Assembly: GCA_963804165.1 (NCBI GenBank)
Contig: CAWDPO010000033.1
Span: 32,001-96,000, forward strand
Length of the DNA: 64,000 bases
Reading direction: 5' to 3'
DNA from: an uncultured delta proteobacterium
Lineage (GTDB): Bacteria > Desulfobacterota > Binatia > UBA9968
Shown: positions 10,075 to 20,642 of the stretch, piece by piece
Position numbering within the stretch: the stretch's first letter is position 1
Layout: each line of letters starts with the position of its first letter
Notes under the pieces: generated by a model
The model's database searches: none
Seen by the model: only the letters and a program-made list of their open reading frames with translations
What the model was told of the DNA's origin: nothing
Translations under genes and position numbers: made by a program

Positions 10075-11703
10075 ATGGACCAAGAGCTGATAACGATCGT
10101 GACTCCGACCGCGCGTCGAGCGGTCAAGCGAACCAAGCTCTCTTCCAGGAAATACGCGAGCTTGAATAACCGGCGGATTGGTCTGCTGGATAACAACAAA
10201 CCCAACGCCGACCGGTTTCTGGAATATGTGGGCGCGTTGCTGAAGGAACGGTACGAAGGCGTCGAGCTGATCGCCAGAAGAAAAATGACCCGCACCGGAG
10301 CGGATTGTCTGGAGGAGCTGATCGATCGGTGCGACGTCGTCATCAATGCGTTTGCCGATTGAGGCTCGTGCACGTCGTGGAGTGTCCACGACGCCGTCCA
10401 GCTGGAAGACGCGGGCGTTCCCACCGCCACGGTGGTCACGGATGAGTTCATGACCCTCGCCAAGACGGAATCCTCCACGCGCGGCTTGAGCGGGTTGCCG
10501 CTCGTCGAGGTTCCTCATCCAGTCGGTTCGGTTTCTCTCGACGTGTTGCGTGCGCTAGCGCAGTCGACCCTAGGTTCGGTCGTTGCTGCGTTGACTGCCG
10601 GTAACGTTCACACGAATTTGCCCCTGAACGAGGAAGTTGAGTGCGGTGTCGAGTGCCCGACGATTGAGGTGCCGGCGGATCCGGGTCTCATGTTTCAATA
10701 CTTCATCAACCGGGGTTGGTCGGATGGGCTACCGGTGCTGGCGCCGACGCAGGCTGCGGTCAATCAAATGATCGGCGGCAGCGGGTGGGAAAGGGATGCC
10801 GTGCTGGGGGTTATCCCTCCTCTCAATGGGATCGCTACCGTCGAGAGAGTCGCCGTCAACGCCGTTATGGCCGGCTGTCTGCCCGATTATTTGCCGTTGC
10901 TGATTGCCGCCGTCCATGGCGTCCTGCAGTCGGGCTTCAACCTCGACGGCGTGCAAACAACGACTGGCAACGTCGCTCCTCTGACGATCATCAACGGCCC
11001 GTGCCGAAATTCTCTGCAGATCAATTACGCCAGCAACGCGTTGGGACAGGGATGGCGCGCCAACTCGACCATCGGCAGAGCGCTACGGCTCGTGCTTTGC
11101 AATATCGGCGGCGCGACGCCGGGCATGTATGATAAATCGACTCTCGGTCAACCGGCCAAATACACTTTTTGCATCGCCGAAAACGAGGAGGAGAATCCCT
11201 GGGAGCCGTTGCATGTCGAACGTGGGTCTGCACGGGACACGGACGCCGTCAGTGTTTTCGGCTGCTCGGGCGTGAATAGCGCCGTCGATATGGCAAGTCA
11301 GACCGCAAAGGGGCTTCTCAAAACGTTCGCCCTCACCATGATCGGTGGATTCACCGCCGGCGTGACCTCGACCGAGACGCTACTGGTTATTTGTCCCGAG
11401 CACGCGGCGATTTTGTCGGCTGGCGGATACTCCAAAGCGGACATTCGCAACGAGCTGTTCAATTTGGCGCGGGTGCCGCACGAAAAAATCTCCGACGAGA
11501 ATCTACAACTGCTGGCCAATAGACGACCGCGTTGGTTTCCGGCCCATCGTTCCGAAATCCCCGTGATAGACCGGCCCGAAGACCTCTGGATCGTCGTTGC
11601 CGGAGGCAAGGGGGCCAAGTCAGCTTATATCCCCGGTCGCACCGGCACCCATCTGCAAACGACAGGCGTGGAAAATCATGCGACGGTGAGTTGCCGTTGT
11701 TAA
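10075..11703 (+). CDS. Probable UGSC-motif selenoprotein (Sec at TGA 10360-10362) fused to a DGLPV..PT-type domain, 542 aa
   Basis: ORFs 10075-10362 and 10432-11703 are in frame. Read-through gives VINAFAD-U-GSCTSWSVHD. GGAGG RBS upstream, SECIS-like hairpin directly after the TGA, and C-terminal SCRC. Confidence 0.85.
10373..10393 (+). promoter_or_regulatory. Bacterial SECIS-like stem-loop
   Basis: CGTCGTGGA-GTG-TCCACGACG: a perfect 9-bp stem with a G/U-containing apical loop about 19 nt after the in-frame UGA. Confidence 0.75.
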
Positions 11704-11707
11704 AAGC

Positions 11708-12727
11708 ATGAGAGACGGAAACGGAGCAGGTATGCTTATGCGTCGTTCGATTGATTGTTTTCTGGCTGGAACGTTGGTGCTGTGCTTAATGGCCGGCTCC
11801 GCCGCAGCGCAGAGCAAATCCATCATTGTTGGGGAAGGCGTTCGCGGCGCCATGTTTTTGCCGGCTTATATCGCCGAGGACAAGGGTTTTTTTAAGAGAA
11901 AAGAACTTGATTCCAAGATCGTAACCTTCAGCCGCAGCAACGACATCAATGCGCTGGTCTCGGGCGACATTCAGTTCGACCAAACCTCACCGGATAAGGT
12001 CATCCACAGCGCTCTCGGCGGCTTCCCTGTTAAAATGGTCATGGCCACCACCAGCGGACTGAATCTCGCCCTAGTGGTACACCCATCGATTAAGTCGGCA
12101 TCGGATCTAAAAGGGAAGTCGGTTGCGATCACCAGCTTTTCCGGAATGCCGTACACCGGCCTTCTTCTCTGCTTGAAGGAACTCGGCATGACCAAGGAGC
12201 AGGTGGTACCGCTCAACATCGGCGGCAAGGCAGCTCGTTTCGAAACTCTGCTCAACGGCAAAGTGGCCGCCGCGATTCTCGATCCGCCTTACACGACCAT
12301 GGCTGCCAAGGAAGGATTCAAACTGCTGGTCGATCTCACGCCTCTCGAAGTGCCCTATCTCCGAAATGTCGTTGCGGTGTCCGAGAGATCTCTGCGCGAG
12401 GATCAACGCACGGTCGCGAAGTTTGTCGAAGCTCTCGCGGAAGGCATGCAGTTCTATCGTAACAAAGCGAACAAAGAAGAAAACCTGAGGATCCTGGCCA
12501 AGTATCTTCGCGTTCCAATGGACAAGAATCGCGCGATGATCGAAGAGGGATACGAGACTTATAGGGAGATGCTTCTCAGCAAACCGTACGCCGATCCCAA
12601 GGCCATGAAGATTCTCGTGGACGTAATTGCCGAATCGAACCCGAAGGTGAAAAATTTGAACCTGGCCACTCTCATCGATTCTTCTTTCGTCGATCGAATG
12701 GATCGGCAAGGGATTTTCGGCAAATAG
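11708..12727 (+). CDS. ABC substrate-binding protein, SsuA/NMT1-like
   Basis: Signal peptide ending SAAAQ; YIAEDKGFFK, ALVSGDIQF, DLKGKSVAI. Confidence 0.85.
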   Translation: MRDGNGAGMLMRRSIDCFLAGTLVLCLMAGSAAAQSKSIIVGEGVRGAMFLPAYIAEDKGFFKRKELDSKIVTFSRSNDINALVSGDIQFDQTSPDKVIHSALGGFPVKMVMATTSGLNLALVVHPSIKSASDLKGKSVAITSFSGMPYTGLLLCLKELGMTKEQVVPLNIGGKAARFETLLNGKVAAAILDPPYTTMAAKEGFKLLVDLTPLEVPYLRNVVAVSERSLREDQRTVAKFVEALAEGMQFYRNKANKEENLRILAKYLRVPMDKNRAMIEEGYETYREMLLSKPYADPKAMKILVDVIAESNPKVKNLNLATLIDSSFVDRMDRQGIFGK

Positions 12728-12984
12728 GAAAACGCCGCAGTCAATCTCGCGCTCGCATCTCGTCGTTATCGTCGAAGTCGAACCATTCATCTTCGTTTTT
12801 ATCTGCCACGCAACACTCAATAGTACCTTCAACACGTCTCGGTGCTCCTTCGAAATTCGTTAAGGTCTAAACGAACTTCGTCTTGACGCGCCAACACCCG
12901 CAGCATATACGGAGTGCTGTGAAGCAGCCTTTGCGGTTGCCTTGTCACAGAGCCGCGAACAGGACTAAACGGAGCAAATATTTC

Positions 12985-14022
12985 ATGAGACTGCCGCACC
13001 GCGATCCGATTCAACTGGGTCCAACGCCCTACGAGGCGTTCCAAGCAAAGGAGGGGATTCCTTCCGTTACCGGATTTTTTGTCGAAGACTTGATGGACGT
13101 TGAGGTCAAACCGTGGGCACGGATGGGGGCGCTGGGTTCGTATCTGAACATGGGCGAGCAGCAGGAGAACGACGCTTACATTTGTGAAATTCCCGCCGGC
13201 AAACAGACCGAGCCTCAGCATCATATGTTCGAGACGCTCGTGTACATACACAAAGGCCGCGGCGCCACCACGGTTTGGTTCGAGGGCGATGCGAAGCAGA
13301 CTTTCGAGTGGGCCGCCGGGGCGATTTTCGCGATTCCTTTGAACGTTTCATATCAGCACTTCAATGCTTCCAACGAGCCGGTGCGTTTTCTTGCCGGCAC
13401 CAACGCCCCGCACGTGATCAATCTATTTCACAACGAAGACTTTATTTTTCGCAATCCGTTTCAGTTTCGCGACCGCTTCAGACCGGATCGTGAATTTTTC
13501 AACGAGAACAAAAAACTGACGATCCGTTCGTGGGAAAGCAACTTAGTGCCGGATGTGAATGAATTCGCCCTCGACGACTACCCGATGAAGGGCAAAGGCG
13601 TGAAGATCATGCGCTTCGGGCTCGCCGGCACGACCTACGGGTGCCATATTCAAGAATTTCCCGCCGGAAGCCGGAGCACGTTTCATCGCCACGGCCCCGG
13701 CGCGATCGTTTGCGTGACCAAAGGCGAAGGATTCGCGATGGTGTGGCGTGAGGGCGGGGAACGCACGCGCTTCGAGATCAAATCCGGCTCGATCTATTCG
13801 CCCGGCGATTTGATGTACCACGGACACTTCAACACCGGTCACGGTGTACTGCGCCATTTTGCCATGCGCGGGCGCAGCCCAAAGTTCAGCCAAGACCGCT
13901 TTCGCACCAAACTGCACGAGATGATTCCGTTCGACGAGGAGCCGGCGGATATTCATCCGATGTTTTTGGGAGAGTTGAAGAGGAAGTGTGTGAAGTCGGA
14001 AATATCGGTGGTGCAAGAATAA
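12985..14022 (+). CDS. Bicupin protein (gentisate 1,2-dioxygenase-like)
   Basis: Two cupin motifs: QHHMFE...YQHFN and FHRHGPG...YHGHFN. Start taken at ATG 12985. Confidence 0.75.
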   Translation: MRLPHRDPIQLGPTPYEAFQAKEGIPSVTGFFVEDLMDVEVKPWARMGALGSYLNMGEQQENDAYICEIPAGKQTEPQHHMFETLVYIHKGRGATTVWFEGDAKQTFEWAAGAIFAIPLNVSYQHFNASNEPVRFLAGTNAPHVINLFHNEDFIFRNPFQFRDRFRPDREFFNENKKLTIRSWESNLVPDVNEFALDDYPMKGKGVKIMRFGLAGTTYGCHIQEFPAGSRSTFHRHGPGAIVCVTKGEGFAMVWREGGERTRFEIKSGSIYSPGDLMYHGHFNTGHGVLRHFAMRGRSPKFSQDRFRTKLHEMIPFDEEPADIHPMFLGELKRKCVKSEISVVQE

Positions 14023-14056
14023 GAGTCGTTCAAGGTTCAAGGTTGGGAGAAAAAAA

Positions 14057-15514
14057 ATGTCCGAGCTTGCTTATCACGATTTTAGGAGTTTCGTCGAAGA
14101 AGCGAAGAAGATTAGCGATTACCGGATCATTGAAGGCGCCGATTGGGACGCCGAGATCGGCGCGCTGGTCGAATCGACGGCCGAGCTGGTGCCGCAGCCA
14201 CCGATGTTGATCTTCGACAAGGTGAAAGGTTATCCGGCGGGATATCGAGTTTGCAGCTTGCCTTACGCGGCCTATCGCCGGGTTGCGCTCGCGTTGGGAT
14301 TACCCACCGACAAACCGAAGTTGGAAATACTCCGGCTGGCGGCGCGCAAGGTGAAAAACGCAGAGCCGATCGCGCCGAAGGAAGTCAGCACGTCACCTCT
14401 GTTCGAAAACAAGTTTACGGGTAGCGACGTTAACCTGCTTAAATTTCCCGCCCTGCGTTTTCATGAGAACGACGGCGGGCGTTACTTCGGTCCGGGCGGC
14501 GGGTTGATCAACCGCGATCCGGATTCCGGTTACATCAACACCGGCACTTATCGCATGCAACTCCACGATCGGAATACGCTTGGTTTATGGATGAGTCCGG
14601 GGCAAAACGGCCGGCAAATTTGCTCGAAGTATTGGGAGCAGGGAAAGAGCTGCCCGGTAGTGGCAAGCTACGGGCAACATCCGCTGGTCTTCATGCCCTC
14701 GTACACGAAGTTCCCGTATGGCCGCTCCGAGATGGAAATATCCGGTGGACTGATCGGTAAGCCGCTGGAAGTTTTGCGCGGGCCGATTACCGGACTGCCG
14801 ATTCCCGCGTCGTCCGAAATTGCCATCGAGGGCGAGATTCCGCCGCCGTCCGAAGAAGCGCGGCCCGAAGGACCGTTCGGCGAATGGCCGGGCTATTATT
14901 CCGGTGGCACGGGCGGCACGGGAGAAAATCAGCCGATCATTCGAGTCAAGGCGATTTATCACCGCGACGATCCGATTCTCGAAGATGAGGCGCCGCTCTG
15001 GCCGGGCGCGGTGAAAATGGATTTGCATATCTCGGCGGGCGTGCTCTGGGATCAACTGGAAAGCGCCGGCATTCAGGACATCGTCGGGGTGTACAATCAC
15101 ACTTCCTATCTCACCGTCGTTTCGATCAAGCAAAAATACGCCGGGCATGCCAAGCAAGCGGGTACGGCCGCGCTCAGCTGCGCCGCGGCAAATCGCAACG
15201 GCCGCTACGTCGTCGTGGTCGATGAAGATATCGACCCGACCAACGTGAAGGAAGTGCTGTGGGCGATGATGACGCGGGTCGATCCGCCGACCAATATCGA
15301 TATCATCGACGGCTGCTGGAGCACGCCGCTCGATCCGCGCATGCCGCCGGAAAAGAGAGACAACAAGGACCACACCAACGGCCGGGCGATCTTCTATGCG
15401 GTGCGCCCGTTTGCTTGGAAGGACAAGTTTCCTAAAGTCAGCCGCTCGAGCCGCGAGCTGCGCGAGAAAACTATCGCAAAGTTTAAGGGCATTATTCCGT
15501 TTCCGGGGGCATGA
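14057..15514 (+). CDS. UbiD-family prFMN-dependent decarboxylase
   Basis: GADWDAEIG, NTGTYRMQ, EGPFGEWPGYY, VVVVDEDID...VLWAM, STPLDP. Confidence 0.9.
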   Translation: MSELAYHDFRSFVEEAKKISDYRIIEGADWDAEIGALVESTAELVPQPPMLIFDKVKGYPAGYRVCSLPYAAYRRVALALGLPTDKPKLEILRLAARKVKNAEPIAPKEVSTSPLFENKFTGSDVNLLKFPALRFHENDGGRYFGPGGGLINRDPDSGYINTGTYRMQLHDRNTLGLWMSPGQNGRQICSKYWEQGKSCPVVASYGQHPLVFMPSYTKFPYGRSEMEISGGLIGKPLEVLRGPITGLPIPASSEIAIEGEIPPPSEEARPEGPFGEWPGYYSGGTGGTGENQPIIRVKAIYHRDDPILEDEAPLWPGAVKMDLHISAGVLWDQLESAGIQDIVGVYNHTSYLTVVSIKQKYAGHAKQAGTAALSCAAANRNGRYVVVVDEDIDPTNVKEVLWAMMTRVDPPTNIDIIDGCWSTPLDPRMPPEKRDNKDHTNGRAIFYAVRPFAWKDKFPKVSRSSRELREKTIAKFKGIIPFPGA

Positions 15515-15530
15515 GGACTGGCGCAAGTCG

Positions 15531-15621
15531 AGATTCTTCGCTTCGCTCAGAATGACAATCCTGATGAGCCATACCGAAACTTTAGTTTTTAGGTGTCATC
15601 CTGAGCGTCAGCGAAGGATCT
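15531..15621. repeat. REP-like inverted pair (TGTCATCCTGAGC...GAAGGATCT family)
   Basis: AGATTCTTCGCTTCGCTCAGAATGACA and TGTCATCCTGAGCGTCAGCGAAGGATCT are near-complementary. Relatives lie at 38910-39002, 44158-44281 and 56365-56447. Confidence 0.75.
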
Positions 15622-15689
15622 CTTCCGAAAAAGAGTTCTTGTAGTGCAATGACCTGACAATATACCCACGATTTGCGAGGAAAGTTTCC

Positions 15690-16967
15690 ATGATCAGCAA
15701 AGAAGAGAACGATCTTCTAACTCAAACCGGCCCGGGCACACCGGCGGGCGAGTTGATTCGCCGTTATTGGCAACCCGTGGCGCTCGCCGAAGAGTTGCCT
15801 GCGGGTGGCGCGCCTTTGAGCGTGCGGATTTTGGGTGAAGATCTGGTCCTGTTTCGCGATCAACACGGACGAGTAGGATTGCTAGGGATTCACTGCTCGC
15901 ATCGCGGCACGGATCTTAGCTACGGGCGGATCGAGGACGGCGGTTTGCGCTGTCTCTATCACGGTTGGCTTTACGATATTAACGGCCGCTGTCTCGAACA
16001 GCCCGGCGAGCCCGGCGGCGGCGAACATCGCGATCAGATTCGCCATCGCGCCTATCCGTGCAAAGAAGTAGCGGGAGCGATCTTTACTTACATGGGCCCG
16101 GGAGAGCCGCCGCTCCTCCCCAATTATGATTTTCTCAAAGCGTCGCCCGATCATCTTTACGTGTGCAAAATTTTTCACGAGTGCAATTATCTCCAAGCCA
16201 ACGAAGGCAACATCGATCCCGTTCATCTTTCCTTTCTCCATCGATTTCTTGAGAAGCGCGACGAGAGTTATCGCGGAGTACGCGGCGCCGAGGAGTCGCA
16301 CTATAACCTGGTGGCGAGAAATTCGGCGCCGATAGTGGACGTCGAGCTGGCGGATTTCGGCGTGCGCATTTACACGGTGCGAACCCTCGAAGACGACAAA
16401 TCGTATTTGCGGGTTTCGTACTTCATTCTGCCGAACTTCAGCGCTTTCCCGGGACAGACCGGCGGCGAAGGCTACTCGGTCAATTGGCATGTGCCGATCG
16501 ACGACACGCATCACTGGAAGTACACGTTTGTCTATAGCGCGGGCGCGCCGCTGCGCAAGGATTTGGTCAACCGCGAGCGCTCGGAGCTCGGTCCGGATTA
16601 CCGCTTGGTCCGCAACGGGGCCAACCGCTTCATGCAGGACCGTGACGCAATGCGGGACAAAACTTACGCGGGAATGGGCTCGGGCTTTCAGGCTCATGAC
16701 GCGTTCGCCACGGCGAGCCAAGGCCGGATCCAAGACCGCGGCGAGGAGCGGTTGGTGTCATCGGACAAGGCGATCGTCGCAGCGCGCAAGCTGATGGAGA
16801 AAGCGATTCGCGACGTGCAGGACGGCAAAGATCCGCCGCATGTCATTAGGAACGCCAACGAAAATCGTTTTCCTCATTTTATGGTGCTCTCCGACATGAT
16901 CCCGAGCAGCAGCGATTGGCGGCAGTACGCCAAAAATCTCGAAACCCAAGCGAGGGCAAAAGTCTGA
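15690..16967 (+). CDS. Rieske non-heme iron oxygenase alpha subunit (phthalate 4,5-dioxygenase-like)
   Basis: CSHRG...CLYHGW Rieske motif; NEGNIDPVHLSFLH Fe site; HDAFAT. Confidence 0.9.
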   Translation: MISKEENDLLTQTGPGTPAGELIRRYWQPVALAEELPAGGAPLSVRILGEDLVLFRDQHGRVGLLGIHCSHRGTDLSYGRIEDGGLRCLYHGWLYDINGRCLEQPGEPGGGEHRDQIRHRAYPCKEVAGAIFTYMGPGEPPLLPNYDFLKASPDHLYVCKIFHECNYLQANEGNIDPVHLSFLHRFLEKRDESYRGVRGAEESHYNLVARNSAPIVDVELADFGVRIYTVRTLEDDKSYLRVSYFILPNFSAFPGQTGGEGYSVNWHVPIDDTHHWKYTFVYSAGAPLRKDLVNRERSELGPDYRLVRNGANRFMQDRDAMRDKTYAGMGSGFQAHDAFATASQGRIQDRGEERLVSSDKAIVAARKLMEKAIRDVQDGKDPPHVIRNANENRFPHFMVLSDMIPSSSDWRQYAKNLETQARAKV

Positions 16968-18151
16968 CTCAGATTCTTCGTGTGGGCATGGCCGGCCTCG
17001 GCGTGGCGAGCACGCAGATCATGCCGCCGATCGCCGCGTTGCCCTATATTAAAATTACCGCCGCCGCGGACACGCGCACCGATGCACTGGCGAAATTTCG
17101 CGAGACTTACCACGGCGAAGCATTTGCGAGCGTCGAAGCGATGTGCGAGAGCGCCGACGTCGACGCGGTTTACGTCGCCACGCCGAACCAGTTGCACGTC
17201 AAGCATGTGATCGCGGCAGCCGAGCGCGGGAAGCACGTCATCGTCGAAAAGCCGATGGCGACGTCGATCGCGGAGTGCGACGCCATGAACGAAGCGGCTG
17301 AGAAATATGGCGTCAAGCTGCTGTGCGGCCATACGCACAGCTTCGATCCGCCGATCCGAAAGATCCGCGAGATCGTCAAGAGCGGCGAGCTCGGCAAGCT
17401 CTGCATGATCAATACCTGGAACTACAACGAGTTCATGTACCGGCCACGCATGAAACACGAATTGGCCATGAGCCGCGGCGTGGTGCTCAACCAAGGGCCG
17501 CATCACGTCGACATCGTGCGCCTGATCGGCGGTGGCAAGGTGCGGAGCGTGCGTGCCATGACCGGCGTCTGGGACAAGGCGCGTGAGTGGGAGGGCAGCT
17601 ATACCTGTTATCTCGAATTTCAAGACGGCACGCCCGCGACGCTGGTTTATAGCGGTTACGGTTTCTTCGATACGGCAGAGTTATTCAACTGGGTCGGCGA
17701 GGGCGGACAGTACCGAGCGCCGGAAACCAATCTCGACGTCAGAAAAAAGCTGCGCGAAGTGCGCACGGTCGAGGAAGAAGAACAGCTCAAAGAAGGCATG
17801 CGCTTCGGCGGCAAGCGCGAGGGCGAGTTCAGTCATGTCTGGAACGGCGAGCGAAAACAGCCGTTTTTCGGATTCACGATGGTCAGTTGCGAGAAAGGGG
17901 ATATTCGCCAGACACCCGACGGGCTTCGCATCTATGGCGAAACCGAGCAGCGCGAAGTTTCCTTGCCTGCGGGCGCACGCGGACGCGAAGCCGAAGTCGA
18001 AGAGCTCTACAACGCCGTCGTGCACAAGCGACCCGTGTTCCACGACGGGCGCTGGGGCGCAGCGACGTTGGAAGTGTGCCTAGCGATGCTCGAGTCGGCG
18101 GAGAAGCGCAAAGAAATTTTCCTCTCGCATCAGGTGCCGAGTCCGGCGTAA
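16964..18151 (+). CDS. Gfo/Idh/MocA oxidoreductase (cis-dihydrodiol dehydrogenase-like)
   Basis: GMAGLG, DAVYVATPNQLH, KHVIVEKPMA, NQGPHHVD. Follows a Rieske gene, as ophB follows ophA2. Start uncertain (CTG 16964). Confidence 0.85.
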   Translation: MTQILRVGMAGLGVASTQIMPPIAALPYIKITAAADTRTDALAKFRETYHGEAFASVEAMCESADVDAVYVATPNQLHVKHVIAAAERGKHVIVEKPMATSIAECDAMNEAAEKYGVKLLCGHTHSFDPPIRKIREIVKSGELGKLCMINTWNYNEFMYRPRMKHELAMSRGVVLNQGPHHVDIVRLIGGGKVRSVRAMTGVWDKAREWEGSYTCYLEFQDGTPATLVYSGYGFFDTAELFNWVGEGGQYRAPETNLDVRKKLREVRTVEEEEQLKEGMRFGGKREGEFSHVWNGERKQPFFGFTMVSCEKGDIRQTPDGLRIYGETEQREVSLPAGARGREAEVEELYNAVVHKRPVFHDGRWGAATLEVCLAMLESAEKRKEIFLSHQVPSPA

Positions 18152-18207
18152 GGCAATGTCTAGCGTTTCGTGTCTAGCGTTTGGGGGTTGATCCGAATTA
18201 CATTGCG

Positions 18208-19344
18208 ATGAACATGTTCGTCGGGCATTTACTTGTCAGTTTCGCAATTTGCTTGGCTTTCGGCGTTGCGGCGGATGGTGCTGAGTCACCGCCGGCGTGG
18301 CAAACGGAGTGGGAGCGGACGGTCAAAGCGGCGGAAGCGGAAGGACAGCTGACTGTTTATATGTCCGGCTATAGCTCGGTCATCGAAGCGGGGGTGTTTC
18401 AAAAGGCTTTTCCGAAGATCAAAGTCACCATCGTTCCGGGAACGGGCTCGCAGCTGGCGCCGCGAATCGTCGCCGAACGCCGCGGTGAAAAATTTCTCGC
18501 CGATGTCTACAACGGCGGCGGGACTTCGCTGTATCAGGTCCTCTATTTGGGCAAGATGCTCGATCCGATACGGCCGGCGCTCATGCTTCCCGAGGTCACG
18601 GATACCTCGAAGTGGTGGGAAGGCAAACATAAATACGTCGATCGAGAAGGTAGCTACATGTTTGTCTACGAGGGCAACGTGTCGTCGGGCGGCTCGCCGG
18701 CTTACAATACCCAGCTGATCAGTCCAAAAGATTATCGATCCTATTGGGATTTTCTCAATCCCAAACTCAAGGGCAAGATCGGTTCAATCGATATTCGCAA
18801 AGTCCGTGGGATCGGACCCTCGATGCAGTATCTGTACTATCACCCGGAAATCGGCGTAGAATTTCTCCGCCGATTTTATCAGGAGATGGACGTCAGCATG
18901 AGTGGCGACTTTCGACAGGCTATGGACTGGCTGGCGGCCGGCAAGGTCGCAGTCCTCCTACCGATGCAGAGTTCAGGGACGGCGAAGGCGAAGGCGCAGG
19001 GATTGCCAGTGGATGAATTCGCTACAAATCAGTTCAAAGAGGGCGTGAACATTTCGTCCGCCTTCGGCCAGGTGGCGCTCATGAACCGGGCGCCGCATCC
19101 CAATGCCGCCAAAGTCTTCGTCAATTGGCTGCTGTCGCGCGAGGGCCAGGCCACGTTGCAAAAAACTATGAGCACGCCCGGCGATCCCAAGAACTCACGC
19201 CGCGTGGACGTTCCTAAGGATCACATTCCAACCGCGGAACGGCGCCGTGATGGCATGAAGTACTTTGACATCGACGACCGCGAAACCAAGGATATCAATC
19301 CGGCAATCAAGTTAATCGACGAGATTTTTGCCGGGACGAAATAG
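18208..19344 (+). CDS. Extracellular solute-binding protein, Fe3+/polyamine ABC class (paralog 1)
   Basis: Signal peptide; WQTEWERTVKAA, AERRGEK, SYWDFLNPK, APHPNAAKVFVNWLLSREGQ. Confidence 0.85.
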   Translation: MNMFVGHLLVSFAICLAFGVAADGAESPPAWQTEWERTVKAAEAEGQLTVYMSGYSSVIEAGVFQKAFPKIKVTIVPGTGSQLAPRIVAERRGEKFLADVYNGGGTSLYQVLYLGKMLDPIRPALMLPEVTDTSKWWEGKHKYVDREGSYMFVYEGNVSSGGSPAYNTQLISPKDYRSYWDFLNPKLKGKIGSIDIRKVRGIGPSMQYLYYHPEIGVEFLRRFYQEMDVSMSGDFRQAMDWLAAGKVAVLLPMQSSGTAKAKAQGLPVDEFATNQFKEGVNISSAFGQVALMNRAPHPNAAKVFVNWLLSREGQATLQKTMSTPGDPKNSRRVDVPKDHIPTAERRRDGMKYFDIDDRETKDINPAIKLIDEIFAGTK

Positions 19345-19413
19345 CCGAGGATAGAGGATGGAGTATTAAGGATGGCATGAGTACCGGAGATAGCCATAGA
19401 AGAGGAGCGTAAA

Positions 19414-20583
19414 ATGTTGACCGCAGAAGAAAACGAAATGCTCACAAGGGTCGGCCCGGGAACGCCGGCGGGCGAATTGCTGCGCCGTTATTGGCATCCT
19501 GTCGCGATTGCCGCCGACTTGACGCCGGAAAATCCGACTAAGTTCGTCCGTATCTTGGACGAGAATTTAGTATTGTTCGTGACGCCCAAAGGCGAGCCTG
19601 GCCTGCTCCACGATCGCTGTTCGCACCGTGGCGCCTCGTTGTCGTATGGTCGTGTCGAAGAGCGGGGCCTCGCGTGCGCTTATCACGGCTGGCTTTATGA
19701 CCCGAAAGGCAACTGTTTGGAAACGCCGGCGGAGCCTGCCGACAGTAAGTTTTGCCTCACCGTCAAACATAAAGCTTATCCGGTGCAAAAATTGGCCGGT
19801 CTGTATTGGGCCTATTTCGGACCTCAGCCCGCCCCGGTCATTCCGAAATATGATGTTTGGGCGCGTACCGACGGCTGGCACTGGCTGCGCGCACTGCCGC
19901 AGCTCGACTGCAACTGGTTGCAAGCGATGGAAAACTCCGTGGACACGGCCCATCTGCACATCCTCCATCAGGAGCTGGTGACCGACGGTTTCAAGGTCGA
20001 GAGCACGACCCGCGGCACGATCGACAATCTGGTCAAGTATGAGATGGAGGAGTTTACCCACGGCATTCTCAAGCGGCGGGTTTTCCGCGACGGCAAGGTG
20101 GAGGAACATCCGCTGCTTTTCCCCACGGTCTTGCGTCAAGCTAACCGCACACAGATCCGCGTGCCGATCGATGATACCCATACTTGGATCGTCTACGTTC
20201 ACTTTGTGCCCGATTCGGCCGAGCCGCGAGCGAACAAAGACGAAGTGCCGGTTAATTACCGCAAGCCTTTCAAAAATCCACTCGGTGCGCGCCATCCTTT
20301 TACCAAGTTCCGCCTTGATGAAGTCGACGCTCAGGATTTCATGGCATGGGAAACACAGGGGCCGATTCTCGACCGCACGCGCGAAAGGCTGGCTGCGTCA
20401 GACCGCGGCGTGGTGATGTATCGCGAGATGCTGGCACGGGAGATTAAGAAAGTGCAGCAGGGAGTCGATCCAATGAACGTTTTTCGCGATCCCGATCACG
20501 CGATCATCGACACCCAAATGGAAAGCTCCCTGGAAGTCGGGAAGGCGGGATCGGTGCGCTACCACGTGCCGCCGGCACTATAG
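19414..20583 (+). CDS. Rieske oxygenase alpha subunit
   Basis: CSHRG...CAYHGW; MENSVDTAHLHILH; QDFMAWETQG. Confidence 0.9.
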   Translation: MLTAEENEMLTRVGPGTPAGELLRRYWHPVAIAADLTPENPTKFVRILDENLVLFVTPKGEPGLLHDRCSHRGASLSYGRVEERGLACAYHGWLYDPKGNCLETPAEPADSKFCLTVKHKAYPVQKLAGLYWAYFGPQPAPVIPKYDVWARTDGWHWLRALPQLDCNWLQAMENSVDTAHLHILHQELVTDGFKVESTTRGTIDNLVKYEMEEFTHGILKRRVFRDGKVEEHPLLFPTVLRQANRTQIRVPIDDTHTWIVYVHFVPDSAEPRANKDEVPVNYRKPFKNPLGARHPFTKFRLDEVDAQDFMAWETQGPILDRTRERLAASDRGVVMYREMLAREIKKVQQGVDPMNVFRDPDHAIIDTQMESSLEVGKAGSVRYHVPPAL

Positions 20584-20642
20584 AGGAAAACTAAGTTGCA
20601 GTCGTGGAAACCGTGCCTTCACCGTCGCTGCCAGGATAGATT

